Sequence record: SRR20825019_1004
Strand: one strand, 5' to 3'
Length of the DNA stretch: 64,000 nucleotides
Position numbers and translations under genes: made by a program. Of this stretch, positions 19,488-28,552 are shown piece by piece. The notes under the pieces were generated by a model. The model was not told where the DNA came from, did no database searches, and saw only the letters and a program-made list of their open reading frames with translations. Each line of letters starts with the position of its first letter. Within the stretch, counting starts at the first letter, position 1.

Positions 19488-20441
19488 TTACAACAATTCC
19501 GTGATAATTTTTTCTTCGGTAATGCCTTCAGCTTCCGCTTTGTAGTTTTTTAGAATCCTATGGCGGAGTATTCCGAGACTTACCGCTTTTACATCTTCGA
19601 TGTCCGGAGAGAACTTTCCGTTGATGGCTGCATGGGCCTTTGAGGCCAAAATCAGGTTCTGTGAAGCTCTTGGGCCAGCTCCCCAATCGATGTAGTTTTG
19701 AACATATTCCGATGCTCCCTCTTGTCCTGGTCTTGTCCTGTTTACAAGCCTTACCGCATAATCCACAACATTGTCCGGAACGGGTATGCGCCTGATCAAA
19801 TGTTGTACCTCAATGATTTCATCCGCAGTGAACAAGGTATCAATTGTGGCCTGATCATCACTAGTAGTGGACTTTACCACTTGGATTTCCTCCTCGACCG
19901 ATGGGTATTTTAGTTCTATGGCGAACATAAAACGGTCCAGCTGGGCTTCTGGCAAGGGATATGTACCTTCTTGCTCAATTGGGTTTTGGGTAGCCAGTAC
20001 AAAATATGGTTGATTGAGCTTGTACTGGTTTCCCGCAATGGTCACCGCTCTTTCCTGCATGGCCTCCAATAATGCCGCTTGTGTTTTGGGAGGGGTCCTG
20101 TTAATTTCGTCGGCTAGGATGATATTTCCAAAAACCGGCCCCTTTATAAACTTAAAGTTGCGGTTTTGGTCCAAGACTTCACTTCCCAAAATATCGCTAG
20201 GCATCAAATCGGGGGTAAACTGGATTCTTTTAAAGTCCAATCCCAGGGTTTGCGCAATGGTATTGACCATTAACGTTTTGGCCAGACCTGGCACACCTAT
20301 GAGCAGTGAATGACCTCCAGTGTAAATGGATAACAGTATTTGTTCGATTACCTCTTCTTGACCCACAATGACCTTGGCAATCTCCTTTTTTAAGTCTTGG
20401 TGTTTTTTTACCAGATTTTCTACTGCAGTTACGTCCGACAT
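19488..20441 (-). CDS. MoxR family AAA ATPase
   Basis: GVPGLAKT Walker A, RIQFTPDLMPSD, DEINR and YPLPEAQLDRF. Confidence 0.95.
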   Translation of the reverse strand: MSDVTAVENLVKKHQDLKKEIAKVIVGQEEVIEQILLSIYTGGHSLLIGVPGLAKTLMVNTIAQTLGLDFKRIQFTPDLMPSDILGSEVLDQNRNFKFIKGPVFGNIILADEINRTPPKTQAALLEAMQERAVTIAGNQYKLNQPYFVLATQNPIEQEGTYPLPEAQLDRFMFAIELKYPSVEEEIQVVKSTTSDDQATIDTLFTADEIIEVQHLIRRIPVPDNVVDYAVRLVNRTRPGQEGASEYVQNYIDWGAGPRASQNLILASKAHAAINGKFSPDIEDVKAVSLGILRHRILKNYKAEAEGITEEKIITELL

Positions 20442-20445
20442 ACGG

Positions 20446-21876
20446 TTATTCCTTTACCCAATTGTTAGCAAAATCACATCCTCTGCTTTCTGGGTCCACG
20501 TGGATATAGGTATCATCGATATGTTCTTCCATCCATTCCTTAATGGCATTGAACTGTTTTTCACGAAGTGCCAATTCTTGGATTTTCATGTAGTCCTTGG
20601 CAAAGTCTGCCTCGTGCTCATCATAACGGTTGGAAATCTTCATAATCTTGAACTTAGGTGCTCCACCTCTTTGGTCATCTTCACGAATGGGGCGAGATAT
20701 TTCACCATCCTTAAGGTTCCTGACCTGGTTGTATAGGGTGGGGTCCATTTTTGTAAGCTCAAATCTGGAATCAAAGTTTACGGGATTACGTAGCAGTCCT
20801 CCATCAAACTTGGTCTCTTTTTCATCCGAAAAATTCAAAGCTGCCTCGGCAAATGTGTACTTGCCCTCCAAAACCTGCTGGCGAATGGAGTCCAATTCTT
20901 TTGTTGCTTTATCAATAGCGCTTTGTGGAATCTCAGGAGTCATAAGAATATGCCTCAAATCCAATTCCTGTCCTCTTATTTTTTCAATATAAATTATATG
21001 ATACCCAAAACTTGTTTCAAAAGGTTCCGATATCTCCCCTTCCCTTAGACTAAAGGCAACATCCTTGAACTCTTTTACAAAAGGTGTCTCCTTGGTCATG
21101 CTGTAAAAACCACCTTTAGATTTTGAGCCAGGGTCTTGTGAGTACAATATGGCCTTTACGTTAAAACTGGCATCGTTTTCCAACACATCCTGACGGATTT
21201 CCTTAAGCTGGTTGATGACTTTTTGCTTTTCTTCTTCGGGAGCTTCGGGCTGCTTTACAATTTGGGCAATTTCCAATTCCGCACCAAAAACAGGTCGTTC
21301 ATCTTCTGGAATTTTATTGAAAAACTGACGGACCTCTTCCGGGGTCACTTCAATCTCTTCTACTATTTTTCCCTGCATCTTTTCGGAAAGCATACGAAGT
21401 TTATTGATTTCAAAAAGCTCCTCCCGGAAACTTTCCATGTCGGGCTTTTTATAGTAGCTGAGCATTTTTTCAACGCTTCCAATCTGTTGCGTCAATTGTT
21501 GGATCTGTCTGTCACTCTGGGCGTTCACCATATCATCGGACACCAACAAACTATCCTGCACCGCTTGGTGGGCATACAGTCTATCCTCCATAAGCTTGCC
21601 CAAAAGTCCGCAACGGGTAACATCTTCGGTGGAGGCGCCTTGGTTACGAAGATCGATCAAGGTTTTGTCTATATCCGATTCCAAGATCACGTAATCTCCC
21701 ACTACTGCTGCAATTCCGTCAAGCTTTATTCTTTTGGTGTTGCTCGTAGTATCCACACTCATTGCTTGGTCTGCTTCCTGTGCCTGGACCATTCCTATTA
21801 TTGCAAAAAATGCAATCGAAAGTCCTTTAATTTTCTTTGTCATAAACCTCAAATTCATTCTTCTTAATGGCTTCAT
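20446..21876 (-). CDS. surA: SurA-like periplasmic peptidyl-prolyl isomerase/chaperone
   Basis: Signal peptide, DGIAAVVG N-domain and two parvulin domains (SEPFETSFGYHII). The start could instead be 21858 or 21843. Confidence 0.85.
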   Translation of the reverse strand: MKPLRRMNLRFMTKKIKGLSIAFFAIIGMVQAQEADQAMSVDTTSNTKRIKLDGIAAVVGDYVILESDIDKTLIDLRNQGASTEDVTRCGLLGKLMEDRLYAHQAVQDSLLVSDDMVNAQSDRQIQQLTQQIGSVEKMLSYYKKPDMESFREELFEINKLRMLSEKMQGKIVEEIEVTPEEVRQFFNKIPEDERPVFGAELEIAQIVKQPEAPEEEKQKVINQLKEIRQDVLENDASFNVKAILYSQDPGSKSKGGFYSMTKETPFVKEFKDVAFSLREGEISEPFETSFGYHIIYIEKIRGQELDLRHILMTPEIPQSAIDKATKELDSIRQQVLEGKYTFAEAALNFSDEKETKFDGGLLRNPVNFDSRFELTKMDPTLYNQVRNLKDGEISRPIREDDQRGGAPKFKIMKISNRYDEHEADFAKDYMKIQELALREKQFNAIKEWMEEHIDDTYIHVDPESRGCDFANNWVKE

Positions 21877-22708
21877 CTATAATTTCGGTCTCCAATTGTT
21901 TAATGTAATTTAAGCGTCTTCTATTCAAGATCAGTTGCCGAATATCAGGTTCCACATAATCAAACGGGGCCGTTTCGTTGACTTCCAACACATTGGTTAC
22001 CAACCCCAAATATACCTCTAACGAATCTTGTAGCTCAAAAAATTGTGATTTTTTTAAGTGGGATTCCTCATTTGCCTGTGTTAATGGGGGTATTTCTTGA
22101 ATAACCCTTGATGCGCTTACCCAAATAGAATCGTTAAAATGTATTTTTTTGAATTGTACGGCAATGGAATCCAAATACCTTCTATCTGAATCTTCCCATC
22201 TCTTAATTTTTGACTCGACCCCGTCCCTATCCAAAAATTGTCCGGACATGCCAACAAACCTTAGCTGCACCAATTTTTCGTTGAGTTTGAAATTTTCTTT
22301 TTCTCTCTCGTAAAATTCCTGCAATTGACTTTTGGTAACGGACGTATCCTGGGATTGATTGACCAACGCTTCTATGTAGGCACGCGTGTACAGATCGGCA
22401 CGATAATCGGACACCAATCGATCAAACTCCGCCAACTTTTCTTCGGGCAGGTTTATCTTTGATTTTGACAACAACAACTGTTTTGATGCCCAATTATTTA
22501 TATAATTGTTCACAAATATGGTACTATCCTGCGTCGTCATATCATCCCTGATCAAGGAAGCAACATCTTCTTTGTACAAAAAAGTGTCGCCCACCCTCGC
22601 CAGAGGTTCCTTTTCTTCCTCCTCATTGAACATACCTTCACAGGACGAAACAAGAGTTGCCACAAAAGTGCCTAAAAGCAAAAGTGTGTGTTTTTGGAGC
22701 TTAAGCAT
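21827..22708 (-). CDS. Peptidyl-prolyl cis-trans isomerase-like lipoprotein
   Basis: Lipobox VSSC, PLARVG motif; immediately upstream of and overlapping surA. Confidence 0.8.
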   Translation of the reverse strand: MLKLQKHTLLLLGTFVATLVSSCEGMFNEEEEKEPLARVGDTFLYKEDVASLIRDDMTTQDSTIFVNNYINNWASKQLLLSKSKINLPEEKLAEFDRLVSDYRADLYTRAYIEALVNQSQDTSVTKSQLQEFYEREKENFKLNEKLVQLRFVGMSGQFLDRDGVESKIKRWEDSDRRYLDSIAVQFKKIHFNDSIWVSASRVIQEIPPLTQANEESHLKKSQFFELQDSLEVYLGLVTNVLEVNETAPFDYVEPDIRQLILNRRRLNYIKQLETEIIDEAIKKNEFEVYDKEN

Positions 22709-22824
22709 TTCGCAAAAATAACAATTACAAAGTCCCTTACAAGAAGCTTCTCATTTCATTAACAGATTTTTTGTGCCCGATAGATGCCCAGAAATTGCTA
22801 CTTTAGTGCAAAACCAAACCAAAT

Positions 22825-23277
22825 ATGAAGTACACTACGGAAATTGTTGTTGATGTACCCAGGGAGGAATTTATTAAAAAAATGGATGACCCCGACAACA
22901 TGAAGCATTGGCAACAAGGACTTATCGGCTACGAGCAATTATCCGCCAGTCCCGGACAAGAGGGTTCTCGCATGAGTCTAAGTTACGAAATGGGAAAACG
23001 GAAAATGGATTTGGTGGAAACCATCATAAAAAAAAACCTACCCGAAGAAATACACATGACTTACGAAACCAAGGGAGTACACAATATTCAAAAAAACTAT
23101 TTTAAGGAAGAGGACGAAAAAACCCGTTGGGTATCCGAATCGGAATTTCAATTTTCTGGGTTTGGGATGAAACTTATGGGATTTTTAATGCCTGGGGCCT
23201 TCAAAAAACAGTCCCTTAAATACATGCAAGATTTTAAGGCATTTGCCGAAAATGGCACATCCGTGCTCAACTCATAA
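22825..23277 (+). CDS. SRPBCC (START-like) family protein
   Basis: 150 aa; DPDNMKHWQ motif and C-terminal helix FKAFAE. Confidence 0.8.
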   Translation: MKYTTEIVVDVPREEFIKKMDDPDNMKHWQQGLIGYEQLSASPGQEGSRMSLSYEMGKRKMDLVETIIKKNLPEEIHMTYETKGVHNIQKNYFKEEDEKTRWVSESEFQFSGFGMKLMGFLMPGAFKKQSLKYMQDFKAFAENGTSVLNS

Positions 23278-23282
23278 CGACA

Positions 23283-23540
23283 ATGGAAAAACTTTTGGAC
23301 AGAAAAATAAAGATCATCTGGGACTTTAGGGGCCCAACCGCATCACATACGGCCGAGCATTACCTTAAACACCTTAAAGAATTTGCCGAAGTCGAGGAAC
23401 TCAAGTACGACCTTGAAGGCTTGGAACATTTTAGCCCTACACATAGTATCGCCTATTTGGTGGTGGACGAGATGGAACTTAAAGAGGTAAGGAGCATCCT
23501 TAAACCCCATCGGGGCCAAGTGTATTCAGGGAAAATTTAA
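23283..23540 (+). CDS. Conserved hypothetical protein
   Basis: 85-aa ORF tightly packed between co-oriented genes. Confidence 0.75.
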   Translation: MEKLLDRKIKIIWDFRGPTASHTAEHYLKHLKEFAEVEELKYDLEGLEHFSPTHSIAYLVVDEMELKEVRSILKPHRGQVYSGKI

Positions 23541-23550
23541 TTTTTTATCT

Positions 23551-24693
23551 ATGTGGCTTAGAGTTGCTGTGTTGAGCTTGCTCTTGTGGGGCGTATCTTG
23601 TGCAAAAAACAACCCGACCGACCCTCTGGCCAATGCCCTTTCTTCCGAAAATCCAAAAATTAAAAAGGTAATGGATCATCTGGACAAGCATGAAATCCAG
23701 GTCCGATATACCCGGATAGACCGAAAAAATGATAGCATTATTTTTACGGATTTTGATTTTCAGGTGGATAAAAACAACTATTTCTACCCTGCAAGTACCG
23801 TAAAATTTCCCGCGGCGGTCGCAGCCTTGGAAAAGCTCAACACAATTGATTCCCTATCCATGGACACCCGATTTTTTGTGGAAGGTGATTCCGTGGAAAC
23901 AACGTTTGCCAAAGCTATTACAGAAATTTTTGCTGTCTCGGACAATGCAGCCAACAATCGTTTAGTGGAATTTTTGGGCCAAGATGATATAAACGCTAGA
24001 ATGCAAGAACGAGGGGTGTCGCCCATTCGAATTGCCCATCGGTTATCCACTGACAATGCCGATGATATTACAACAAAACCTATTGTTTTTTACCTCAACG
24101 ATTCAACTACCTCCTTAAGCAATCCCATCATAAATTCGCCCATAAGACCTATTGATTTGAACGGCATCAAAAAAGGGAAAGGGTATATTGCCGATGAATC
24201 TTTACATACTGGACCTTTTGATTTCGCATTGAAAAATTATTATCCAATCGAAGCTCAAACCGCTCTTTTAAAACGTATCATTTTTCCCGAAGCATTTCCG
24301 AAAGACGAACGTTTTAACCTCAGCAATGGTCAGCGCACACATCTTTTGGATGCCATGCACACCTTACCACCCCAGTTAGGATACGACCCGGAAGAGTTTT
24401 ACGACAGCTACGTGAAGTTTTTTATGTTCGGGGACACTAACGATCCTATGCCGGAACATATCAAAATCTATAACAAAGTAGGTTATGCCTATGGTACATT
24501 AACCGACTGTGCTTACATAAAGGATACCAAAAACAATATCGACTTTATGCTCACGGCCACAATCTTGGTGAACAGCAATGGTATTTTTAACTATAACACC
24601 TACGAATATGACAATGTGGGCATTCCATTCTTGGCCCAATTGGGAAGGGAACTTTACAATTATGAGCTAAATCGTACACGCAGTAAAAGGTAG
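23551..24693 (+). CDS. Serine hydrolase (class A beta-lactamase-like), lipoprotein
   Basis: Lipobox GVSC; SxxK (PASTVK), SDN and KVG motifs. Confidence 0.85.
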   Translation: MWLRVAVLSLLLWGVSCAKNNPTDPLANALSSENPKIKKVMDHLDKHEIQVRYTRIDRKNDSIIFTDFDFQVDKNNYFYPASTVKFPAAVAALEKLNTIDSLSMDTRFFVEGDSVETTFAKAITEIFAVSDNAANNRLVEFLGQDDINARMQERGVSPIRIAHRLSTDNADDITTKPIVFYLNDSTTSLSNPIINSPIRPIDLNGIKKGKGYIADESLHTGPFDFALKNYYPIEAQTALLKRIIFPEAFPKDERFNLSNGQRTHLLDAMHTLPPQLGYDPEEFYDSYVKFFMFGDTNDPMPEHIKIYNKVGYAYGTLTDCAYIKDTKNNIDFMLTATILVNSNGIFNYNTYEYDNVGIPFLAQLGRELYNYELNRTRSKR

Positions 24694-24739
24694 TGGGACA
24701 TTACCCGCTGAAAAAAATTCCATTTAAGCAATGTCCCAC
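24693..24739. terminator. Stem-loop between convergent genes
   Basis: GTGGGACATT...AATGTCCCAC 10-bp inverted repeat; no clear T tail. Confidence 0.45.
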
Positions 24740-24773
24740 CCTCCGGACTAAAGTCCATAAAAATCAAGAAACC

Positions 24774-26390
24774 TCACCCAACCATTTCTGGTTGTATGTT
24801 CCAATTTTCGTTGGCCAAGAGTACTTGGTCAAAGTCTATACCTTCAATAGGTTTCAACGTTTGGCTAGGAGCATCCCATTCTATTTTTCTACCAAGTTTC
24901 CAAGAAAGTCCAGCCATATGGGCCGAAATGGCCTCATCAAACCCTTCTTTGATACCACAGCTTACATTTCCACCATTTTTGATTACGCTTAACCATTCAC
25001 GCATGTGCAGGAAGGTTGAATCAACTCGAACTCCATCAATATAGGTCCACATCAAACCCTTATCGGCAAAATATTGTGAAGTAGCCGACGAAACGGCATC
25101 TGTAGCCGTAGCCGCTGGATCATATTGATAAATGGGCACGTTGGGAAGCATCTTTTCGGCTTCCAGCATATCGGCATATCGGGTGGAAGCGCTATCGGGC
25201 CAAACGGTCAATCTATTGCCCAATTCCATGGTGGCATCGTGTCCCATTAAAATGGTGGGGCGATTGAAACCATTCCCCAGGGTTGCACTATAACAGAAGG
25301 TCATACCCTTTTCCTTGCCCTTGGTTTGACTGCTTCCCGTACTGAAATCGGGGAACTCCATATTTACTTGGATCACATCGGGAACATTTCGTCCGTCGTT
25401 GTGAGTGTATATGCCACCCGATGCACTGACAGAAGTAGGAATACCCATGTTCAGCACACAATTTAAACGGTCGTAGTCGTGGGTCAACAGGTCACCAGAC
25501 AATCCTGAGCCGTAAGCCCACCATTTACGCCATCTAAAAAAGTGATTTTTATTGAACGGCACTTTTGGTGCGGAGCCCAAAAACTGCTCCCAATCAATGG
25601 TCTCGGGACTGGCTTTCTCATGGATATCGTAGTTCCAGGCACCGTTGTCATCGTTTCTGTTGGTATTTGTTTGAATCAATGATACGTGCCCAAGTGTTCC
25701 TTTTTCCACAATATCACGCGCAGTACTAAAACTCAAGGTTTGCCTATGCTGGTGGCCCACAGCGAACACCGCATCGGATTTTTCGGCCGCTTCGCGCAAG
25801 GTATAGGTCTCGCCAACGGTATGCGTCATAGGTTTTTCCACATATACGTGTACATTGTTGTTCAAAGCTTCAATGGACATGGGGGCATGCCAGTGGTCCG
25901 GTGTTGCAATTACGACGGCATCCACATCCCCACTTTGAATCATATCTTTGTAGGTCACATACCTTTTGATTTTATTATCATCCGTCGAAAACGAATTGAT
26001 GAATTTCTCCGCACGTACATCGAACACATCACAAATGCCCACTAATTTCACATTGAGGGGTTCTTGAGACTCGAAATCTTCCAATCGTTTGTTGTTGGGG
26101 TCTTCTTCTGCTGCCAAACGCATTTCTTCCTTCCACTCATCTGTTGCAAAACCCAAGGCACGCGTCAATTGTTCGCCCCGAATACCAAAACCGATTACCC
26201 CGATTCTCACGGGTTCTCCCCCAATTCCCGGAACTGCAGGAGGCAATGATGGCTTTATATTGAGCTGTTCCAATATTTCCGAACGTTTCTTTCGCGAGCC
26301 AACAGAGCTGGCAGCTCCAGCCCACCATACAGCTCCCAGTATGGGCAGGCCTCCCAATCCTATTAAAAGGTCTCTTCTAGTCCATTTCAT
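24774..26390 (-). CDS. Gfo/Idh/MocA family oxidoreductase with twin-arginine-like N-terminus
   Basis: TRRDLL followed by a hydrophobic stretch; IGFGIRG, ATPDHWH and YVEKP motifs. Confidence 0.92.
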   Translation of the reverse strand: MKWTRRDLLIGLGGLPILGAVWWAGAASSVGSRKKRSEILEQLNIKPSLPPAVPGIGGEPVRIGVIGFGIRGEQLTRALGFATDEWKEEMRLAAEEDPNNKRLEDFESQEPLNVKLVGICDVFDVRAEKFINSFSTDDNKIKRYVTYKDMIQSGDVDAVVIATPDHWHAPMSIEALNNNVHVYVEKPMTHTVGETYTLREAAEKSDAVFAVGHQHRQTLSFSTARDIVEKGTLGHVSLIQTNTNRNDDNGAWNYDIHEKASPETIDWEQFLGSAPKVPFNKNHFFRWRKWWAYGSGLSGDLLTHDYDRLNCVLNMGIPTSVSASGGIYTHNDGRNVPDVIQVNMEFPDFSTGSSQTKGKEKGMTFCYSATLGNGFNRPTILMGHDATMELGNRLTVWPDSASTRYADMLEAEKMLPNVPIYQYDPAATATDAVSSATSQYFADKGLMWTYIDGVRVDSTFLHMREWLSVIKNGGNVSCGIKEGFDEAISAHMAGLSWKLGRKIEWDAPSQTLKPIEGIDFDQVLLANENWNIQPEMVG

Positions 26391-26866
26391 TGTTCCTGAG
26401 TTTTAAGTTTGTTCTTTCTAAGATGATCTAGGCCAAAATAAGACCCGGTTGGTAATTGATAGATTACTATACAGGCCACAAGCTCTATCAAATTTTTATT
26501 GACGATCCAGTAGCTCCCCTCAACATTCATTTGTGTAAGCCCAGGAAAGGGTGGATGAGCCAAAAAATACATAGCCAAAAGACCGGCGCCTACAATGGCT
26601 CCGACTCGTTCAAAAATTCCTAGGGTAAAGGTAAAGCCGACCAACATCAAAGCGATAATATTGAGCGTGTTCACCCAACCTATGGTTGCATCGCCTATCA
26701 ACATGGCAAAAAACCAGTCAAAAGGTCCTTGTGCGGTAGCCAAATATCCAAATGAAGTCCATTCGGGATTGTACATCTTCACCACACCTTCAAATAAAAA
26801 GTGCCACCCGATAAATATGCGAAGCAGGGTAACACTTGCTTTCAGTTTATTTTGGTTTAGGTTCAT
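26387..26866 (-). CDS. DoxX family membrane protein
   Basis: LRIFIGWHFLFEGVVK, about 4 TM segments, VNKNLIE; ATGA overlap with the oxidoreductase. Confidence 0.88.
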   Translation of the reverse strand: MNLNQNKLKASVTLLRIFIGWHFLFEGVVKMYNPEWTSFGYLATAQGPFDWFFAMLIGDATIGWVNTLNIIALMLVGFTFTLGIFERVGAIVGAGLLAMYFLAHPPFPGLTQMNVEGSYWIVNKNLIELVACIVIYQLPTGSYFGLDHLRKNKLKTQEQ

Positions 26867-27151
26867 AATTGCTATAGTTAATGATAAATATTCAATGCTG
26901 CTCCATTCAAGAGGAGGATGTGTGCCAAATTAACGATATAACAGGTCAAAAGAAATTGATACTCTAAAAGTATCTTAAAGGGAGAGCATAAACCATGACC
27001 AATGTCATTTTCAGTAGTTTATGGTGGAAGGAGGTGAAATGCCCGATACATCTGATGCGATCGCCATACAAAAACTAACGTATGGGATTCCTTGGGCATA
27101 GTCGCTGTGTAGCTTTATGCCAAGCATGTAAATTGAAAAGCAGTATTCTGA

Positions 27152-28453
27152 TTAAACAGGCTCTCCGAACAAATCGTAATCGGAGGCATCCGTAATCTTG
27201 ATGTTCACGAAGTCACCGATTTTTACATAATGCTTGGTAGCATCAATCAACACCTCGTTGTCCACATCGGGCGAATCAAACTCGGTACGGCCCACAAAAT
27301 GGTTTCCTTCTTTTCTGTCGATGATACAACGGAAGGTTTGTCCAATTTTTTCCTGGTTCAATTCCCAAGAAATTTGTGACTGGATTTCCATAATGATGTT
27401 GGCCCGCTCTTGCTTTACTTCTTCGGGAACATCGTCCTCCAAATTGTAGGCGTGCGTATTCTCTTCGTGACTATAGGTGAAGCATCCCAAACGTTCAAAA
27501 CGCATTTCCTTGACCCAATTTTTCAAGGTCTCAAAATCCGCTTCGGTTTCACCTGGGTAACCTACTATCAAAGTGGTTCGGATGGCCATTTCGGGAACAG
27601 CCACTCTAAAGTCGTTCAATAACTTTGTGGTCTTAGCCTGAGTGGTACCACGGCGCATACTTTTAAGTATGGCATCGGATATATGTTGAAGAGGAATATC
27701 AATATAATTACAAATCTTCGGTTCGTTTCGCATCACCTCCAAAACATCCATGGGGAAGCCTGTTGGGAACGCGTAGTGCAAACGAATCCATTCAATGCCC
27801 TCTACTTTGGCCAGAGCCTGGAGCAGTTCGGCCAAATTTCTTTTCTTATAAAGATCAAGTCCGTAGTATGTAAGGTCTTGAGCAATCAAAATGAGTTCTT
27901 TGACCCCGTTGGCGGCCAATTTTTCAGCTTCGGAGACCAAGTCTTCTATGGGTGTACTTCTATGCTTACCTCGCATCAAGGGAATGGCACAGAAAGAACA
28001 AGGGCGGTCGCATCCCTCTGCAATTTTAAGGTATGCGTAGTTTTTTGGTGTGGTCGTCAAACGCTCGCCTATCAACTCGTGTTTATAATCGGCTCCAAGT
28101 GCCTTCAACAAATTGGGGAGATCACTTGTACCGAAATACTCGTCAACATTTGGAATCTCCTTCTGTAAATCTGGCTTGTAGCGTTCGCTCAAACAACCTG
28201 TCACAAAAACTTTGTCCACATCTCCGGACTCTTTCTTTTGAACATACTCCAAAATGGTATTGACGCTTTCTTCCTTTGCATTGGCAATGAATCCACAGGT
28301 ATTGATTACCACAACATTGCCTTCTTCCTCGTGAGCCACCTCTTTGTTATTAGCCCGCAACTGTCCCATCAACACTTCCGAGTCGTAGACGTTCTTGCTG
28401 CAACCTAAGGTCACCACATTGATTTTGTTCTTTTTGAGCGATTTTGTGCGCAT
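27152..28453 (-). CDS. rimO: Ribosomal protein S12 methylthiotransferase
   Basis: LGCSKN, NTCGFI, radical SAM CDRPCSFC and TRAM domain. Start 28453 is supported by a TATTTTTG box at 28473-28480 (-). Confidence 0.96.
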   Translation of the reverse strand: MRTKSLKKNKINVVTLGCSKNVYDSEVLMGQLRANNKEVAHEEEGNVVVINTCGFIANAKEESVNTILEYVQKKESGDVDKVFVTGCLSERYKPDLQKEIPNVDEYFGTSDLPNLLKALGADYKHELIGERLTTTPKNYAYLKIAEGCDRPCSFCAIPLMRGKHRSTPIEDLVSEAEKLAANGVKELILIAQDLTYYGLDLYKKRNLAELLQALAKVEGIEWIRLHYAFPTGFPMDVLEVMRNEPKICNYIDIPLQHISDAILKSMRRGTTQAKTTKLLNDFRVAVPEMAIRTTLIVGYPGETEADFETLKNWVKEMRFERLGCFTYSHEENTHAYNLEDDVPEEVKQERANIIMEIQSQISWELNQEKIGQTFRCIIDRKEGNHFVGRTEFDSPDVDNEVLIDATKHYVKIGDFVNIKITDASDYDLFGEPV

Positions 28454-28552
28454 AGTTCCTTTAAATGGAGTGCAAAAATACAATAACACAGGGCATTACA
28501 ACCACTTTGAACTATAATATTTATGGAATTGATAAGAACGCTTACGGTTTGG

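Noticed and set aside
21223-21867. 214-aa + strand ORF and the many other short overlapping ORFs in the track
   Set aside because: Antisense or out-of-frame shadows of well-supported genes.
26867-27151. 285-bp intergenic region as a riboswitch or sRNA
   Set aside because: Only short imperfect palindromes; I could not identify a terminator or a known aptamer motif.
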